A stretch of DNA of 64,000 nucleotides, from contig AP038806.1 in the NCBI GenBank assembly GCA_047150005.1, forward strand, positions 3,776,001-3,840,000, read 5' to 3'. Source of the DNA: Nitrospira sp. Lineage in GTDB: Bacteria; Nitrospirota; Nitrospiria; Nitrospirales; Nitrospiraceae. The translations under genes and the position numbers were made by a program. Positions 17,123 to 27,321 of this stretch are shown piece after piece (position 1 is the first letter of the stretch; each line of letters starts with the position of its first letter). Below the pieces are notes generated by a model. That model had not been told where the DNA came from. It searched no databases and was given only the letters and a program-made list of their open reading frames with translations.

Positions 17123-19516
17123 ATGGCCGCTTCGCCCGTTTCATCCCTCTCCGACGCAGCTGCGCAGCATATTGTGCAAGTCTTGGCCGCCGAGCTCAAC
17201 ATCCTCCCACATCAAGTATCATCCACCGTGGCCATGCTGGACGGAGGCGCGACCGTGCCCTTCATCGCCCGGTATCGGAAGGAGGCGACCGGCAACCTCG
17301 ACGATACGACGCTGCGAAACTTGGACGAGCGGTTGATCTATCTGCGCGAGCTCGAAGCGCGGCGTGCCTCGATCCTGGCCTCCATCGAGGAGCAGGGCAA
17401 GCTCACGGATGCCTTGCGGGCTGCCGTTGGAGCGGCAGATACGAAACAGGCGCTCGAAGATGTGTATCTGCCGTACAAACCCAAACGGCGCACGAAGGCC
17501 GACGTCGCACGCGAGGCGGGGCTCGAGCCCCTGGCTGATTCGCTGCTGGCAGACCCGACTCTGGATCCTGCGCAAGAGGCCGCCAAGTATGTCCGTGTGC
17601 CGGCAAGCGCCGATGGTGCCGACGCCAGCTCGGTTCCGGATGCGAAAGCGGCCCTCGAGGGCGCCCGTCATATCTTGATGGAACGATTTGCGGAGACTGC
17701 CGAACTGTTGGCGAAGCTGCGTGCGCGCCTGTGGGAGGAGGGGAGGCTGTCGTCGGCCGTCGTCCCGGGGAAAGAACTCGCCGAAGAAGAACAGTTTCGT
17801 GACTATTACGCCTCTGCGGAGCCGATCAAGAGCGTCCCGTCGCACCGCGCACTGGCGATGTTCCGTGGATGGCACCTCGGCGTGCTGAAACTCGAATTGA
17901 CCTTGGACGAGACGGCGGAGGCCATGGTGCCCCATCCCTGCACGGCGATGATTGCCGCGCACGTCGGGATCGTAGAGCGGGGCCGCCCGGCCGATGTCTG
18001 GCTCATGGAGGTCTGTCACTGGACCTGGCGGGTGAAAGTGCATCTGCAACTCACGACGGAACTGTTCCTTCGTTTGCGCGAGACGGCGGAGGCCGAGGCG
18101 ATCCGTGTCTTCGCCCGCAACCTGCACGATCTCTTGTTGGCGGCGCCAGCTGGGCCAAAAGTGGTGCTCGGCATCGATCCCGGGATTCGCACCGGCTGCA
18201 AAGTGGCGGTGGTGGATGCGACGGGGAAGCTGCTCGAGACCACGACGATCTATCCCCATCAGCCGAGAAACGACTGGCAGGGGTCGTTGGCGACGTTGCG
18301 GCAATTGGTCGATCGGTATCAGGTCCACTTGATTGCGATCGGGAACGGCACGGCCAGCCGCGAAACGGACAAGCTGGCAGCCGAACTCATCCGGCTCTCC
18401 GCCGACACGATGCCGGGACGCCAGCTTGCCAAGATCGTCGTGAGCGAGGCAGGCGCCTCGGTGTATTCCGCATCAGCGTTGGCCGCTGCGGAATTTCCCA
18501 GCCTGGACGTCAGTCTCCGGGGAGCGGTCTCGATCGCGCGCCGGCTCCAGGATCCGCTGGCCGAGCTGGTCAAGATCGAACCGAAGTCCATTGGCGTCGG
18601 CCAATACCAGCACGATGTCAATCAGCGCGCACTCGCACGGTCGCTCGATGCGACGGTGGAAGATTGCGTCAATGCCGTAGGCGTGGACGTGAACACGGCG
18701 TCGGTGCCGTTGCTCGCTCGGGTCTCCGGCTTGAACCAGACGTTGGCCAAGAACATCGTCGACTATCGGGATGCCCAAGGAGCGTTTCGAGATCGGCGCG
18801 CGCTGTGCAATGTGCCGCGGCTCGGTGAGAAGACGTTCGAGCAGGCCGCCGGCTTCCTGCGAATCAACGATGGCGACAATCCGCTGGACCGGTCCGCCGT
18901 GCACCCCGAGGCCTATCCGGTCGTCGAGCGCATTCTGAACCGGCTTGGCAAACCGATGCACGAGCTGATGGGCCAACGAGCACTGCTACAGGGCCTCTCG
19001 GCGGCGGACTTCATCGATGAGCGGTTCGGACTCCCGACGGTCCGCGACATCCTGACAGAGTTGGAAAAGCCCGGCCGGGACCCGCGTCCTGTCTTCAAAA
19101 CCGCTGTCTTCAAAGACGGCGTGGAAGCGCTGTCCGATCTCCAGCCCGGCATGGTCCTCGAGGGCGTGGTCACGAATGTGGCCGCCTTCGGCGCATTCGT
19201 CGACGTCGGCGTGCATCAGGACGGGCTCGTGCATGTCTCGGCGTTGGCCAATCGGTTCGTGAAAGATCCTCACGACGTCGTGAAGGCAGGCCAGGTCGTC
19301 AAGGTGAAAGTCTTGGAGGTTGATCCCAAGCGGCAACGCATCTCGTTGACGATGCGGTTAGATGAAGCGTCCGCTGTTCCGCGAGCGACGCGTGAGACGG
19401 GGCAGAAGACGTCCAACTCCGTGATGTCCGGCTCACGGTCTGGCTCTGCAGGTCCTTCTGCTCAACCAATGGGAGCCTTAGCCCAGGCGCTGGCGCGAGC
19501 CAAGGCGAAGCAGTGA
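17123..19516 (+). CDS. tex: Tex family RNA-binding transcriptional accessory protein
   Basis: [44 protein letters not shown]-terminal S1 domain ([17 protein letters not shown]). Confidence 0.95.
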   Translation: MAASPVSSLSDAAAQHIVQVLAAELNILPHQVSSTVAMLDGGATVPFIARYRKEATGNLDDTTLRNLDERLIYLRELEARRASILASIEEQGKLTDALRAAVGAADTKQALEDVYLPYKPKRRTKADVAREAGLEPLADSLLADPTLDPAQEAAKYVRVPASADGADASSVPDAKAALEGARHILMERFAETAELLAKLRARLWEEGRLSSAVVPGKELAEEEQFRDYYASAEPIKSVPSHRALAMFRGWHLGVLKLELTLDETAEAMVPHPCTAMIAAHVGIVERGRPADVWLMEVCHWTWRVKVHLQLTTELFLRLRETAEAEAIRVFARNLHDLLLAAPAGPKVVLGIDPGIRTGCKVAVVDATGKLLETTTIYPHQPRNDWQGSLATLRQLVDRYQVHLIAIGNGTASRETDKLAAELIRLSADTMPGRQLAKIVVSEAGASVYSASALAAAEFPSLDVSLRGAVSIARRLQDPLAELVKIEPKSIGVGQYQHDVNQRALARSLDATVEDCVNAVGVDVNTASVPLLARVSGLNQTLAKNIVDYRDAQGAFRDRRALCNVPRLGEKTFEQAAGFLRINDGDNPLDRSAVHPEAYPVVERILNRLGKPMHELMGQRALLQGLSAADFIDERFGLPTVRDILTELEKPGRDPRPVFKTAVFKDGVEALSDLQPGMVLEGVVTNVAAFGAFVDVGVHQDGLVHVSALANRFVKDPHDVVKAGQVVKVKVLEVDPKRQRISLTMRLDEASAVPRATRETGQKTSNSVMSGSRSGSAGPSAQPMGALAQALARAKAKQ

Positions 19517-19668
19517 GGATAAAGAGCGGGTAGGGACTGCCTTGAAACTCAGGGTAGTCAGGCCGGCCACTTCGGCCCAACCAGAGCAGCAACGGCTTGA
19601 GTTCTGGTGATCAGGGCATTCCCGCGACCCCGCGACAGCGGGAATCCAGCGGGATGAAGCCAGATCAA

Positions 19669-19779
19669 CTAAATAGTGGGATAGGTGCCGAGATCAGATC
19701 GTCTTTGCATGACGATATGGCTTCCCCGTTGACGTACCATCTGAAAACCGTGCTGTTCAAGAATCCGGCAGACCGCTTC
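19669..19779 (-). pseudogene. HicA toxin fragment
   Basis: Hand translation: EAVCRILEQHGFQMVRQRGSHIVMQRR...stop; both ends missing. Confidence 0.7.
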
Positions 19780-19838
19780 GTGAGACTTCTGCTCGATACT
19801 TGCGTGTCTGGTGCCGCCATGGCTTCCCTGAGGAAAGT
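19780..19838 (+). pseudogene. DUF5615/PIN-like toxin N-terminal fragment
   Basis: GTG-RLLLDTCVSGAAMASLRK, cut off at an inverted repeat. Confidence 0.45.
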
Positions 19839-19937
19839 AAAGGTGTCAGGAACCTTTCCTCTCGTCCGCACATGAACAAAGGACTCAGTCCATCAATCAA
19901 CTGTGATCGACTCAAGAGAATGGTTCCTGACACCTTT
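19839..19937. repeat. Perfect 16-bp inverted repeat pair (REP/MITE-like)
   Basis: AAAGGTGTCAGGAACC (19839-19854) and GGTTCCTGACACCTTT (19922-19937). Confidence 0.85.
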
Positions 19938-19979
19938 GGAGTTGCATGGGGATGGGGAAGTTATGACGCGTAGAGTGGC

Positions 19980-20387
19980 CTACTTCTTCAGCGCGGCAAG
20001 AAATTGCGCGAGAGAGATGCTCTCGCAACCGCCATACTGTTTCAGTGCCAGGAGATGGCGATCGCCTGTGAGGACCCACTTTGCCTGCGCGGCATCGGCG
20101 CATTCCAAGATTCGATTGTCGGGTTCGTCCTTGAGGAAGTGAAGAGTGGGACGAGGCCGTAGCACGTTTGCCGTTTCACCGATGTCGTGAATCGCCTGCC
20201 GAACCTTGTCTTCCGTCCAATCGAATTTCAGTTGGAGGACTTTGGCGGTTTCGGTGAGGATGGCAACCGAGGTGAAGAGCTCAAACGTGCCACGGATGGC
20301 TTCGACATAGGCTTCGTGGGCATGGCCTCCGGGAATGGCAAAGGCTGAAATATAGATGTTCGTGTCGAAGACGACCCGCACGTTCAA
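19980..20387 (-). CDS. PIN-domain (VapC-like) toxin
   Basis: VVFDTNIYISA...DEPDNRILECA...LTGDRHLL. Confidence 0.9.
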   Translation of the reverse strand: MNVRVVFDTNIYISAFAIPGGHAHEAYVEAIRGTFELFTSVAILTETAKVLQLKFDWTEDKVRQAIHDIGETANVLRPRPTLHFLKDEPDNRILECADAAQAKWVLTGDRHLLALKQYGGCESISLAQFLAALKK

Positions 20388-20629
20388 CGGCCTTGAAACA
20401 CGAGCTTTCCCACGTCGGCTTCGGTCAGGACGCCTTGCTTCCTCGCTTTCTTCGCGCCGTATCGCTGCAATTCGTGGAATTGTTCCTCGCGACGCTGACG
20501 CTCATACGATGTCAACATTTCCCGGAAGAGCTGGCTTTTATTCTTGGATTCAGCCCGAGCCAGTTTTTCAAAACTTTCAGCCAAATTGGATGGAAGTGAA
20601 ACAGTCACCGGAACTCGCCTGCGTTTCAT
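20384..20629 (-). CDS. Ribbon-helix-helix (CopG-like) antitoxin
   Basis: VTVSLPSNLAESFEKLARAESKNKSQLFREML; RBS AGGAGG; overlaps PIN start. Confidence 0.88.
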   Translation of the reverse strand: MKRRRVPVTVSLPSNLAESFEKLARAESKNKSQLFREMLTSYERQRREEQFHELQRYGAKKARKQGVLTEADVGKLVFQGR

Positions 20630-20640
20630 GAGCCCCTCCT

Positions 20641-20657
20641 GTATGACAAAATCATAC
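20641..20657. promoter_or_regulatory. Putative RHH operator palindrome
   Basis: GTATGA-caaaa-TCATAC directly upstream of the antitoxin RBS. Confidence 0.55.
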
Positions 20658-20982
20658 AGTGATCAGATAGCCAAATCAATGTCGCAGGTTGATCGCTGGC
20701 GCCTGGGGGCAGATAAAGGGAGACATTGCCTGTCCCCCTTAATTCGCTCAGTTTGACTTCCTCTGCAGGACAGCGCAGCATGAGGCTCTCTCGCTCAAGC
20801 AAGAGGTGCTCTGTGCTGTTGTGCTGATCGGCGCGGCGCCTTCCCATTCTTCCGCTATTTTCTCATCGTCCGCTATTTTCTTACGCCCTGCCGGTGCATG
20901 CCGCCGGCAGGGCGTTGTTTTATCCGCTCGCCTCGTGAACGCCTCACGCCCCCTTCCTCTCACCTCAACCAAGGAGTCTGCA

Positions 20983-21207
20983 ATGGCACGCTTTCTCACA
21001 CTCTTGGCAATGGGAATATTTGCCTCCCCAACGCTGGCCTTGGCGGTTGAACATAACGCCGGATACCGGGGAATCGGGTACATCTATTTCAGCTTCATCG
21101 CCGCCGTTCTGATCTACGGCGTGTACGATTCCTTCGGCAAAATGGCCATGTACGTGATGACGCCGATCATCCTGGTCAGCCTCTTTCTGATGTTGCCGCC
21201 AGTTTAA
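20983..21207 (+). CDS. Small exported/membrane hypothetical protein
   Basis: AAGGAG RBS, signal peptide ending ALA, two TM segments. Confidence 0.7.
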   Translation: MARFLTLLAMGIFASPTLALAVEHNAGYRGIGYIYFSFIAAVLIYGVYDSFGKMAMYVMTPIILVSLFLMLPPV

Positions 21208-21271
21208 TTTGGAGGAGACGGGAATAGGAAAGGGGTTAGGAGCCCTGACAGGCCCGCTCCTTCGGGGCTGC

Positions 21272-21437
21272 AGAAACAACGGGGACATTCTGGTTTCTAC
21301 GTCACACACCGTCGCGAGACCGCCGGTTGCATATCGGGGCATTCTGCTGATCCACCGAAGCAGAATCCACAGTGGCAGGACCTGTGGGAAGGGATGCGTT
21401 GAAGATGGGCCTGGATTCTCGCTTCCGCGGGAATGAC
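21272..21437 (+). repeat. Composite repeat with empty (IS-free) dRS3-like REP
   Basis: ...gaagatgggcctggattctcgcttccgcgggaatgac; same as the 22328 copy without the IS. Confidence 0.9.
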
Positions 21438-21658
21438 AAACCGCAATGCTTCTGATGGGAGGAAAAAACGGGAACATTCTACTTTCCTTCAGTATCGTTC
21501 AGACCGGTCGGACTCGAGGTCGGGAGCGCATGGCCTGAAGACCGGGAGACTCCGGTCGGGTCTGCAGGATTCAGCGAACGATGCCTGGATTGGAAGCTCC
21601 GACGGCCTCAGCATCGGTGGACTCGCGTTCGACAAGACTTCCACCTAATCGATGGCGA

Positions 21659-21687
21659 TGGATGGGGGGCAAGGACTCGAACCTCCG
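21659..21687 (-). other. tRNA 3'-end-like fragment (possible att remnant)
   Basis: Reverse complement GGAGG-TTCGAGT-CCTTG-CCCCCCA-T-CCA; no D or anticodon arm. Confidence 0.45.
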
Positions 21688-21726
21688 TGTGGTTCGAACC
21701 GCAGAGGAGGGTATGATGATCCGGCT

Positions 21727-21993
21727 TTACGCGGCAGAAGGCTTGTGAATATCCCATCCTGGGAAGACCAGCACAGCGGGATGACACCGAAGGACTCGCG
21801 CGAGAACTTTGGCTCGTTCCACTCCGAGATTCACGCTGTTATTTTCGATGGCGGAAATGGTGGATTGAGGAATCCCCGTCAATCGAGCCAACTGGCTCTG
21901 AGTCAATTCCTGCAGTTCGCGCACGATTCTGACGGACTCTCCCACCGATACGGCAATCCTAGGTCGTGCTGGACGAAAGACTTTGTTCTTCAT
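21727..21993 (-). CDS. HigA-like HTH antitoxin
   Basis: RELQELTQSQLARLTGIPQSTISAIEN...LGVERAKVLA. Confidence 0.88.
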   Translation of the reverse strand: MKNKVFRPARPRIAVSVGESVRIVRELQELTQSQLARLTGIPQSTISAIENNSVNLGVERAKVLARVLRCHPAVLVFPGWDIHKPSAA

Positions 21994-22274
21994 TACTGTC
22001 TCCTATAATCGTGGGCGGTTACATCGATCACCATGATCAGTACACGCTGTTCGTCTGCCTTGTAGATCACGCGATATTGATCACTGAGACGTGATGACCG
22101 GTGCTCTTTCCATTCGCCTTGCAGGCGCTCATCGTGAAATCCCTTTATCATTCGAAGTCCGAAGGGGCCTGAGAGGCGGACAATGTCTTTCCATTTCTCA
22201 TATCGTTTAAGGATTTCTTTTGGGAGACGATCTAGCCGCTTGGCCATGCGGCGATGTTCGAGAATCTCCCACAT
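21993..22274 (-). CDS. RelE/HigB-superfamily mRNA interferase toxin
   Basis: KGFHDERLQGEWKEHRSSRLSDQYRVIY...HDY; toxin-first order, TAATG overlap. Confidence 0.87.
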   Translation of the reverse strand: MWEILEHRRMAKRLDRLPKEILKRYEKWKDIVRLSGPFGLRMIKGFHDERLQGEWKEHRSSRLSDQYRVIYKADEQRVLIMVIDVTAHDYRRQ

Positions 22275-22327
22275 GTCGGACGGTCAGCTTATACCATATA
22301 TGATATGGACCTGCCAATCTCACGGGG

Positions 22328-22476
22328 GAGAAACAACGAGGAGATTCTGATTTTGGCGTCGCGCACCGTCGCGAGGCCGCCGGTTGCATGTCGGGGCATT
22401 TCTGCTGATCCGCCGAAGCAGAATCCACAGTGGCAGGAGCTGTGGGAAGGGATGCGTTGAAGATGGGCCTGGATTC
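22328..22476 (+). repeat. Composite repeat interrupted by IS30 copy 2
   Basis: Matches 21272-21437; remainder gcttccgcgggaatgac resumes after 23518. Confidence 0.9.
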
Positions 22477-23513
22477 CCTAGATTCACAAACGAAGTGCAA
22501 CACCTGTGGGGTAAGGTGTTGCAATGGGACGACACTATGCGCAGCTCTCCTTGGAAGACCGGTGTACGATTGCCCGGGCTCGCGAAGCCGGGCAAACCAT
22601 CCGCCAAATTGCAGCAGCTCTGGATCGCGCGCCATCGACCATTCTGCGGGAACTGAGGCGCAATCGCGGCGCCCAGGTGGGCTATGCGCCTGCCTATGCC
22701 CAGGAGCAGACCCGCAGCCGCCGCTGGCGCGGGAGTCGTCTGCTCCGGCAACCGGCGCTGCAGGCCCACGTCCTGCGCTGGTTGGGGCAGGGCTGGTCGC
22801 CCGCTCAAGTCGCCGGCCGGCTCAAGCGCGACGGCTGCGCGCTGCGCATCAGCTCCGAGTCGATCTACCGCTTCATCGCCAGCCAGATCCGCCGGACGAA
22901 AGACTATCGCTGGCGGCATTATTTGCCGCGGGGCAAAAGCAAACGCGGGTGGCGGGGGCGCAAAGGCGGCAGTGCCGTGGACCACATCCGCAGCCGCGTC
23001 CCCATTAGCGAGCGACCGGCGGCGATCCAGCAGCGGCAGGACCCTGGCCATTGGGAGGCCGATCTGATGCTGTTTGTGAAATATGGCCAGGCGGTCCTGG
23101 TGACGCAGGAACGCCGCTCGCGCGTGTTGGTGGCCAGCCGGCAACCCACGAAGGGGGCCCAGCCGGTGGCCGCCCGACTCACGGCGCTGTTTGCCGCCCT
23201 GCCTCCGGCCCTGCGCCGGACCATCACGTTCGATAACGGCACGGAGTTCGCGTATCACGATCAGCTGCACCCGCTCGGCATGCGCACCTACTTTTGTGAC
23301 CCGCATGCCCCGTGGCAAAAAGGGGGTATCGAAAACGGTATCGGCCGGATGCGCCGTGCCCTCCCCCGGAAAACTGACTTGGCCACGCTCTCCACCCGCC
23401 GCTTGCTGGCGCTGGTGCGGGCGTATAATCACACCCCGCGCAAGTGTCTCGACTATGAGACACCGGCCGAGGTGTTTACTCGTGATCTGTTGCACTTCAA
23501 ATGTGACTCCACC
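22477..23513 (+). mobile_element. IS30-family element type B, copy 2
   Basis: Same IRs and length as copy 1; one internal GCG/GTG difference seen. Confidence 0.93.
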
Positions 23514-23534
23514 TTCCCGCTTCCGCGGGAATGA
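22524..23534 (+). CDS. IS30-family transposase
   Basis: Near-identical to 14974-15984. Confidence 0.95.
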   Translation: MGRHYAQLSLEDRCTIARAREAGQTIRQIAAALDRAPSTILRELRRNRGAQVGYAPAYAQEQTRSRRWRGSRLLRQPALQAHVLRWLGQGWSPAQVAGRLKRDGCALRISSESIYRFIASQIRRTKDYRWRHYLPRGKSKRGWRGRKGGSAVDHIRSRVPISERPAAIQQRQDPGHWEADLMLFVKYGQAVLVTQERRSRVLVASRQPTKGAQPVAARLTALFAALPPALRRTITFDNGTEFAYHDQLHPLGMRTYFCDPHAPWQKGGIENGIGRMRRALPRKTDLATLSTRRLLALVRAYNHTPRKCLDYETPAEVFTRDLLHFKCDSTFPLPRE

Positions 23535-23708
23535 CGGAACTCCCAAACAGAGAAGAAGAAGGGACATGCTGGAACCTATCTCAAAATGGTTGTGTTGATG
23601 AAAGAAGTCCCTAGGGCGCGCGTTCCGCGAGCACAAGAGACACTCCGACCACCATGGCCTCCTCTCTGGGGTTGATTGCGCGGACGAAGTCTGGCACAAA
23701 GAACCACC

Positions 23709-24440
23709 ATGCCTGCCCTCGCTCTCATCCTCGTCTTCTTTTTCATTCTTTCCTGCGGCGGCAAGCCGTCACCACAAGCGACGCAGGAACCACAGTCCAC
23801 GGCGCACGTCGATACGGAAGATGACCGCATGCATGGTGACCATGAGGCCGAGGCGGTGCTCGCCATGGCCGACTCTCATGCCCATCTGGGACCGCATTTC
23901 CGGTGGACCACGCTTCGCCCGGCGAATCAGGCAGATCAGGCCACGGCCTGGGACTTCCTTCGGCACCTGCGACAGGCTTTGGCACCATTTCGTGAGTACC
24001 GCTTCGCCGAGGATGAGGGCTATGAACCATTCCTGCCGAACGTCAAACAGACGCACTATCACTTTACGCGCAAGATGAATGGATTCAAGGCGGCCTTCAG
24101 CTTCGATCCGAAGCAGCCAACCTCGCTGTTATACCGGGAGGTCCCTGGCGGCTATGAACTGGAAGGGGCGATGTTCACAGCTCCGAAGTGGGCGAGCGAA
24201 GAGGAGTTGAATAAACGGATTCCGCTGAGCGTGGCGCAGTGGCACAGGCATGTGAATATCTGCCTGCCGCAGAAAAAGGACATGCAGCACGCGGATTGGA
24301 AGAAGTTCGGCCCGAAGGGCTCAATCCTGACCAAAGCCGAATGCGATCAAGCCAATGGGCGCTTTCATCCGCAACTCTTCGGTTGGATGGTACACGTGTA
24401 TCCGTTCGCGGAGACCCCCGAGCAGATCTGGGGGCATTGA
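23709..24440 (+). CDS. Hypothetical lipoprotein, His-rich
   Basis: Lipobox ILSC, motifs HYHF, WHRHVNIC, GWMVHV. Confidence 0.75.
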   Translation: MPALALILVFFFILSCGGKPSPQATQEPQSTAHVDTEDDRMHGDHEAEAVLAMADSHAHLGPHFRWTTLRPANQADQATAWDFLRHLRQALAPFREYRFAEDEGYEPFLPNVKQTHYHFTRKMNGFKAAFSFDPKQPTSLLYREVPGGYELEGAMFTAPKWASEEELNKRIPLSVAQWHRHVNICLPQKKDMQHADWKKFGPKGSILTKAECDQANGRFHPQLFGWMVHVYPFAETPEQIWGH

Positions 24441-24833
24441 AGACACGACTCTGGTCTCCTATTCGACCACCGTGAATTCGTAACGAACGCCCTTGAGGGT
24501 CGCCAACAGTTCCGATGCATGATCACGTCCGCGAGTTTCGGCAGCGGTAGAGTGCTTCGACGCAAGCGGCCAAGCTGCTAGACAATTCGGTGAAGCGGAT
24601 GGTTCCCGCCTCAGAGACTGGCAAATAGATCACCTTCATTGCCTTTTACACACAGCGCTCCGGTCATGCTGAACCTAGTTTTGGATGAGACCGTTTCGAG
24701 CTTTGCGCCTACCTCAGCGGCTTCTTTGCTCTTTTCTCGCACCGATCGTCGTCCCGGCACTGCAGTACGAGTCTTGCTCATAGGCGATTGGTAGAAACTT
24801 CCCTGTTTCACTTTACGAGGGAGAGGCAAACTC

Positions 24834-25520
24834 ATGCGACACATGGCACAGAATGCTCTCATTCAGCATGCCCGCGGTTCCCTGTTGCGTCGCAGCATCG
24901 GCGTGGCTGTGATCATCGGCATGATGGGGGTGCTCCTGTCGACTGAGATCACCCTCGCGCTTCCTCTTCAGGCCCCCACGGAGTCGGTGAGAAGCACCAT
25001 CGCCGAGGTCTTCAGCATCCTTCGCAATGATGAATTGAAGAAGCCGTCCCGCGCCGCCGAACGACGGCAAGAAATCGAGCAGATCCTCAGGCACCGCGTG
25101 AGCTATGAAGAAATGGCCAAACATGCTCTGGGTCAGCCCTGGATCGATCTGACAGAAGGGGAGCGGAGTGAATTCGTGGATCTCTTCGTACAGGTACTCC
25201 GGGACAACTTCGCCGGGAAGATCGATGCCTATGTCAACGAACAGGTGGTTTACCTATCGGAACAACAGGACGCGCACTTTGCCGTCGTGCGCTCGAGGCT
25301 GATGGGTCACAGGGTTGATACACTCCTGGATTTCCGTTTGGTCGATCGGGCTGGTGAGTGGCTGGTGTACGACGTGATGGTGGACGGCGTGAGCATCGTC
25401 GGCAATTACCATGCGCAGTTCACGAAGATTATCCGCGACCATTCGTATGCGGATCTCCTGAGGAGAATGAAGGACAAAACGCTCGTGGTGAAAACGTTCG
25501 AAACGACTATGGCTCCCTAG
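24834..25520 (+). CDS. mlaC: MlaC/Ttg2D-family phospholipid-binding periplasmic protein
   Basis: YEEMAKHALG..W...ERSEFVDLF...WLVYDVMVDGVSIVGNYHAQF. Confidence 0.85.
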   Translation: MRHMAQNALIQHARGSLLRRSIGVAVIIGMMGVLLSTEITLALPLQAPTESVRSTIAEVFSILRNDELKKPSRAAERRQEIEQILRHRVSYEEMAKHALGQPWIDLTEGERSEFVDLFVQVLRDNFAGKIDAYVNEQVVYLSEQQDAHFAVVRSRLMGHRVDTLLDFRLVDRAGEWLVYDVMVDGVSIVGNYHAQFTKIIRDHSYADLLRRMKDKTLVVKTFETTMAP

Positions 25521-25560
25521 CGCTTCCCGTTCTCTTCCTCTCTCGCCAATCTTCCTTGTC

Positions 25561-25598
25561 AATGAAGCTCCCCGCAGCAAGCTGCAGGGAGCTTCATT
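25561..25598. terminator. Strong hairpin downstream of mlaC
   Basis: aatgaagctccc-cgcagc-aa-gctgca-gggagcttcatt followed by a T-rich run. Confidence 0.55.
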
Positions 25599-25714
25599 TT
25601 CTCTCAAGCCCTCGCTTTGTCCCACTCTAGTTTTTCCTGCACACGAGTTTTACAATCGAGTGGTGAAATACGGTGCGTCGTCAGCTTGGCGTGCGCAAGC
25701 GAAAGGATAATTGT

Positions 25715-25975
25715 ATGGATACCAAACGGCCGTCCACGGACCAACCGGTTCTCTCACATATTCAGGAACTCGTCGAAGAGGAACATCGATTATTTGAGCA
25801 AGGTGAGCGCGGGACCGCCAAAGAGGCCGACCGTCGGAGACTCACTCAGGTGCAAGTCGAACTGGATCAGTGCTGGGACCTTCTCCGTCAACGCCGCGCC
25901 TTGCGTGACGCCGGCATGGATCCGGACATGGCACAGGTTCGCCCGGCTCAGGTGGTCGAGAACTACGAACAATAG
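25715..25975 (+). CDS. DUF2630-family protein
   Basis: VLSHIQELVEEEHRL...VELDQCWDLLRQRRALR...RPAQVVENYEQ. Confidence 0.85.
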   Translation: MDTKRPSTDQPVLSHIQELVEEEHRLFEQGERGTAKEADRRRLTQVQVELDQCWDLLRQRRALRDAGMDPDMAQVRPAQVVENYEQ

Positions 25976-26049
25976 GTCTCATACGGATCGGCCGGTTGCT
26001 GTGAACAGGATATGCCCCGTTCCGAAGTGTGTCGTGGAAGGAGGCCGTC

Positions 26050-27321
26050 ATGAAGGACGAGACGAAGGGGATGAACCGACGAGCATTTTTGCGCCACAGT
26101 GCGTCCCTCATGGCGATGGGAGCCGCGGGGCTCGCCGTGCCTGTTGTCCGCGCAGAACCGTCCGACCAGTCGCAAGATCCGATGCGCGAACCGGGGGCGT
26201 TGCCTCGTCCGTATGGAGAACGATCGCCGTTTGAGACAGCGCAGCGATGGGGAGCCGGCGGCCCCGGCTCCGCGCACGGTTGGGGAGCGAATGCCCCCAA
26301 TAACATCAACTCCACCGCGCCGCTTCAGGATCTGCACGGGATTGTCACGCCCTCCGCTCTGCACTTCGAACGACACCATAACGGTGTGCCGGCCATTGAC
26401 CCGGCCCGTCATCGCTTGCTGATTCACGGTCTGGTCGATCGACCGATGGTCTTCACGCTGAACGACCTCGAACGTGTTCCCTCCGTGTCACGACTCGTAT
26501 TTCTCGAATGCTCCGGCAACTCGTGGGATTGCTGGTCGGAGAAGGCCGCCGACTTTACCGTCCAAGAGTTGCACGGGCTGACCAGCACAAGCGAATGGAC
26601 GGGAGTGAAACTCTCGACGCTGCTGGAGCTGGTCGGCGTTCAACGCGGTGCGAGCTGGATGTTAGCAGAGGGAAGCGACGCCGCGGGTTTGGACCGGAGT
26701 GTGCCACTGACCCGCGAAGTTCTCGATGAGGCCATGATCTGTTATGGGCAGAATGGGGAAGCGTTGAGACCTGAGCAAGGCTATCCGATGCGCCTCCTGC
26801 TTCCCGGATACGAAGGCAATATCAATGTCAAGTGGCTGAGACGGCTGAAGCTTGGCACTGCTCCGTTCATGACGCGTTGGGAGACGGCCAAATATACCGA
26901 TCTCATGCCGGACGGAAAGGCCTATCAGTTCAGCCTCGTGATGGAGGCCAAGTCTGTGATTACCTCCCCCTCGGGCCGCCAACAGATCCAGCCGGGGTTC
27001 CACGAAATTCGCGGACTGGCCTGGAGTGGCCGTGGGCGCGTGACGAAAGCCGAGGTCAGTGTGGACGGCGGACGCACCTGGCAGCAGGCCCGCTTGCAGG
27101 AACCAGTCCTCCCCAAATGCCATACGCGTTTCAGATTGCCATGGAGGTGGGACGGACAAGAGGCGATCTTGCAATCCCGTTGCACGGACGAGACGGGCTA
27201 TGTCCAACCGACTCGTCAGGACCTCGTAAAAGTTCGTGGCACCAATTCCGTCTATCACTATAACGGCATTCAAAGCTGGAAGGTGGAACGCGATGGACAC
27301 GTACGGAACGTCTCTGTCTAA
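26050..27321 (+). CDS. soxC: Sulfite dehydrogenase molybdopterin subunit (SoxC/SorA-like), Tat-exported
   Basis: NRRAFL Tat motif, LHFERHHNGVP, FLECSGN, GEALRPEQGYPMRL, GLAWSGRG. Confidence 0.92.
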   Translation: MKDETKGMNRRAFLRHSASLMAMGAAGLAVPVVRAEPSDQSQDPMREPGALPRPYGERSPFETAQRWGAGGPGSAHGWGANAPNNINSTAPLQDLHGIVTPSALHFERHHNGVPAIDPARHRLLIHGLVDRPMVFTLNDLERVPSVSRLVFLECSGNSWDCWSEKAADFTVQELHGLTSTSEWTGVKLSTLLELVGVQRGASWMLAEGSDAAGLDRSVPLTREVLDEAMICYGQNGEALRPEQGYPMRLLLPGYEGNINVKWLRRLKLGTAPFMTRWETAKYTDLMPDGKAYQFSLVMEAKSVITSPSGRQQIQPGFHEIRGLAWSGRGRVTKAEVSVDGGRTWQQARLQEPVLPKCHTRFRLPWRWDGQEAILQSRCTDETGYVQPTRQDLVKVRGTNSVYHYNGIQSWKVERDGHVRNVSV

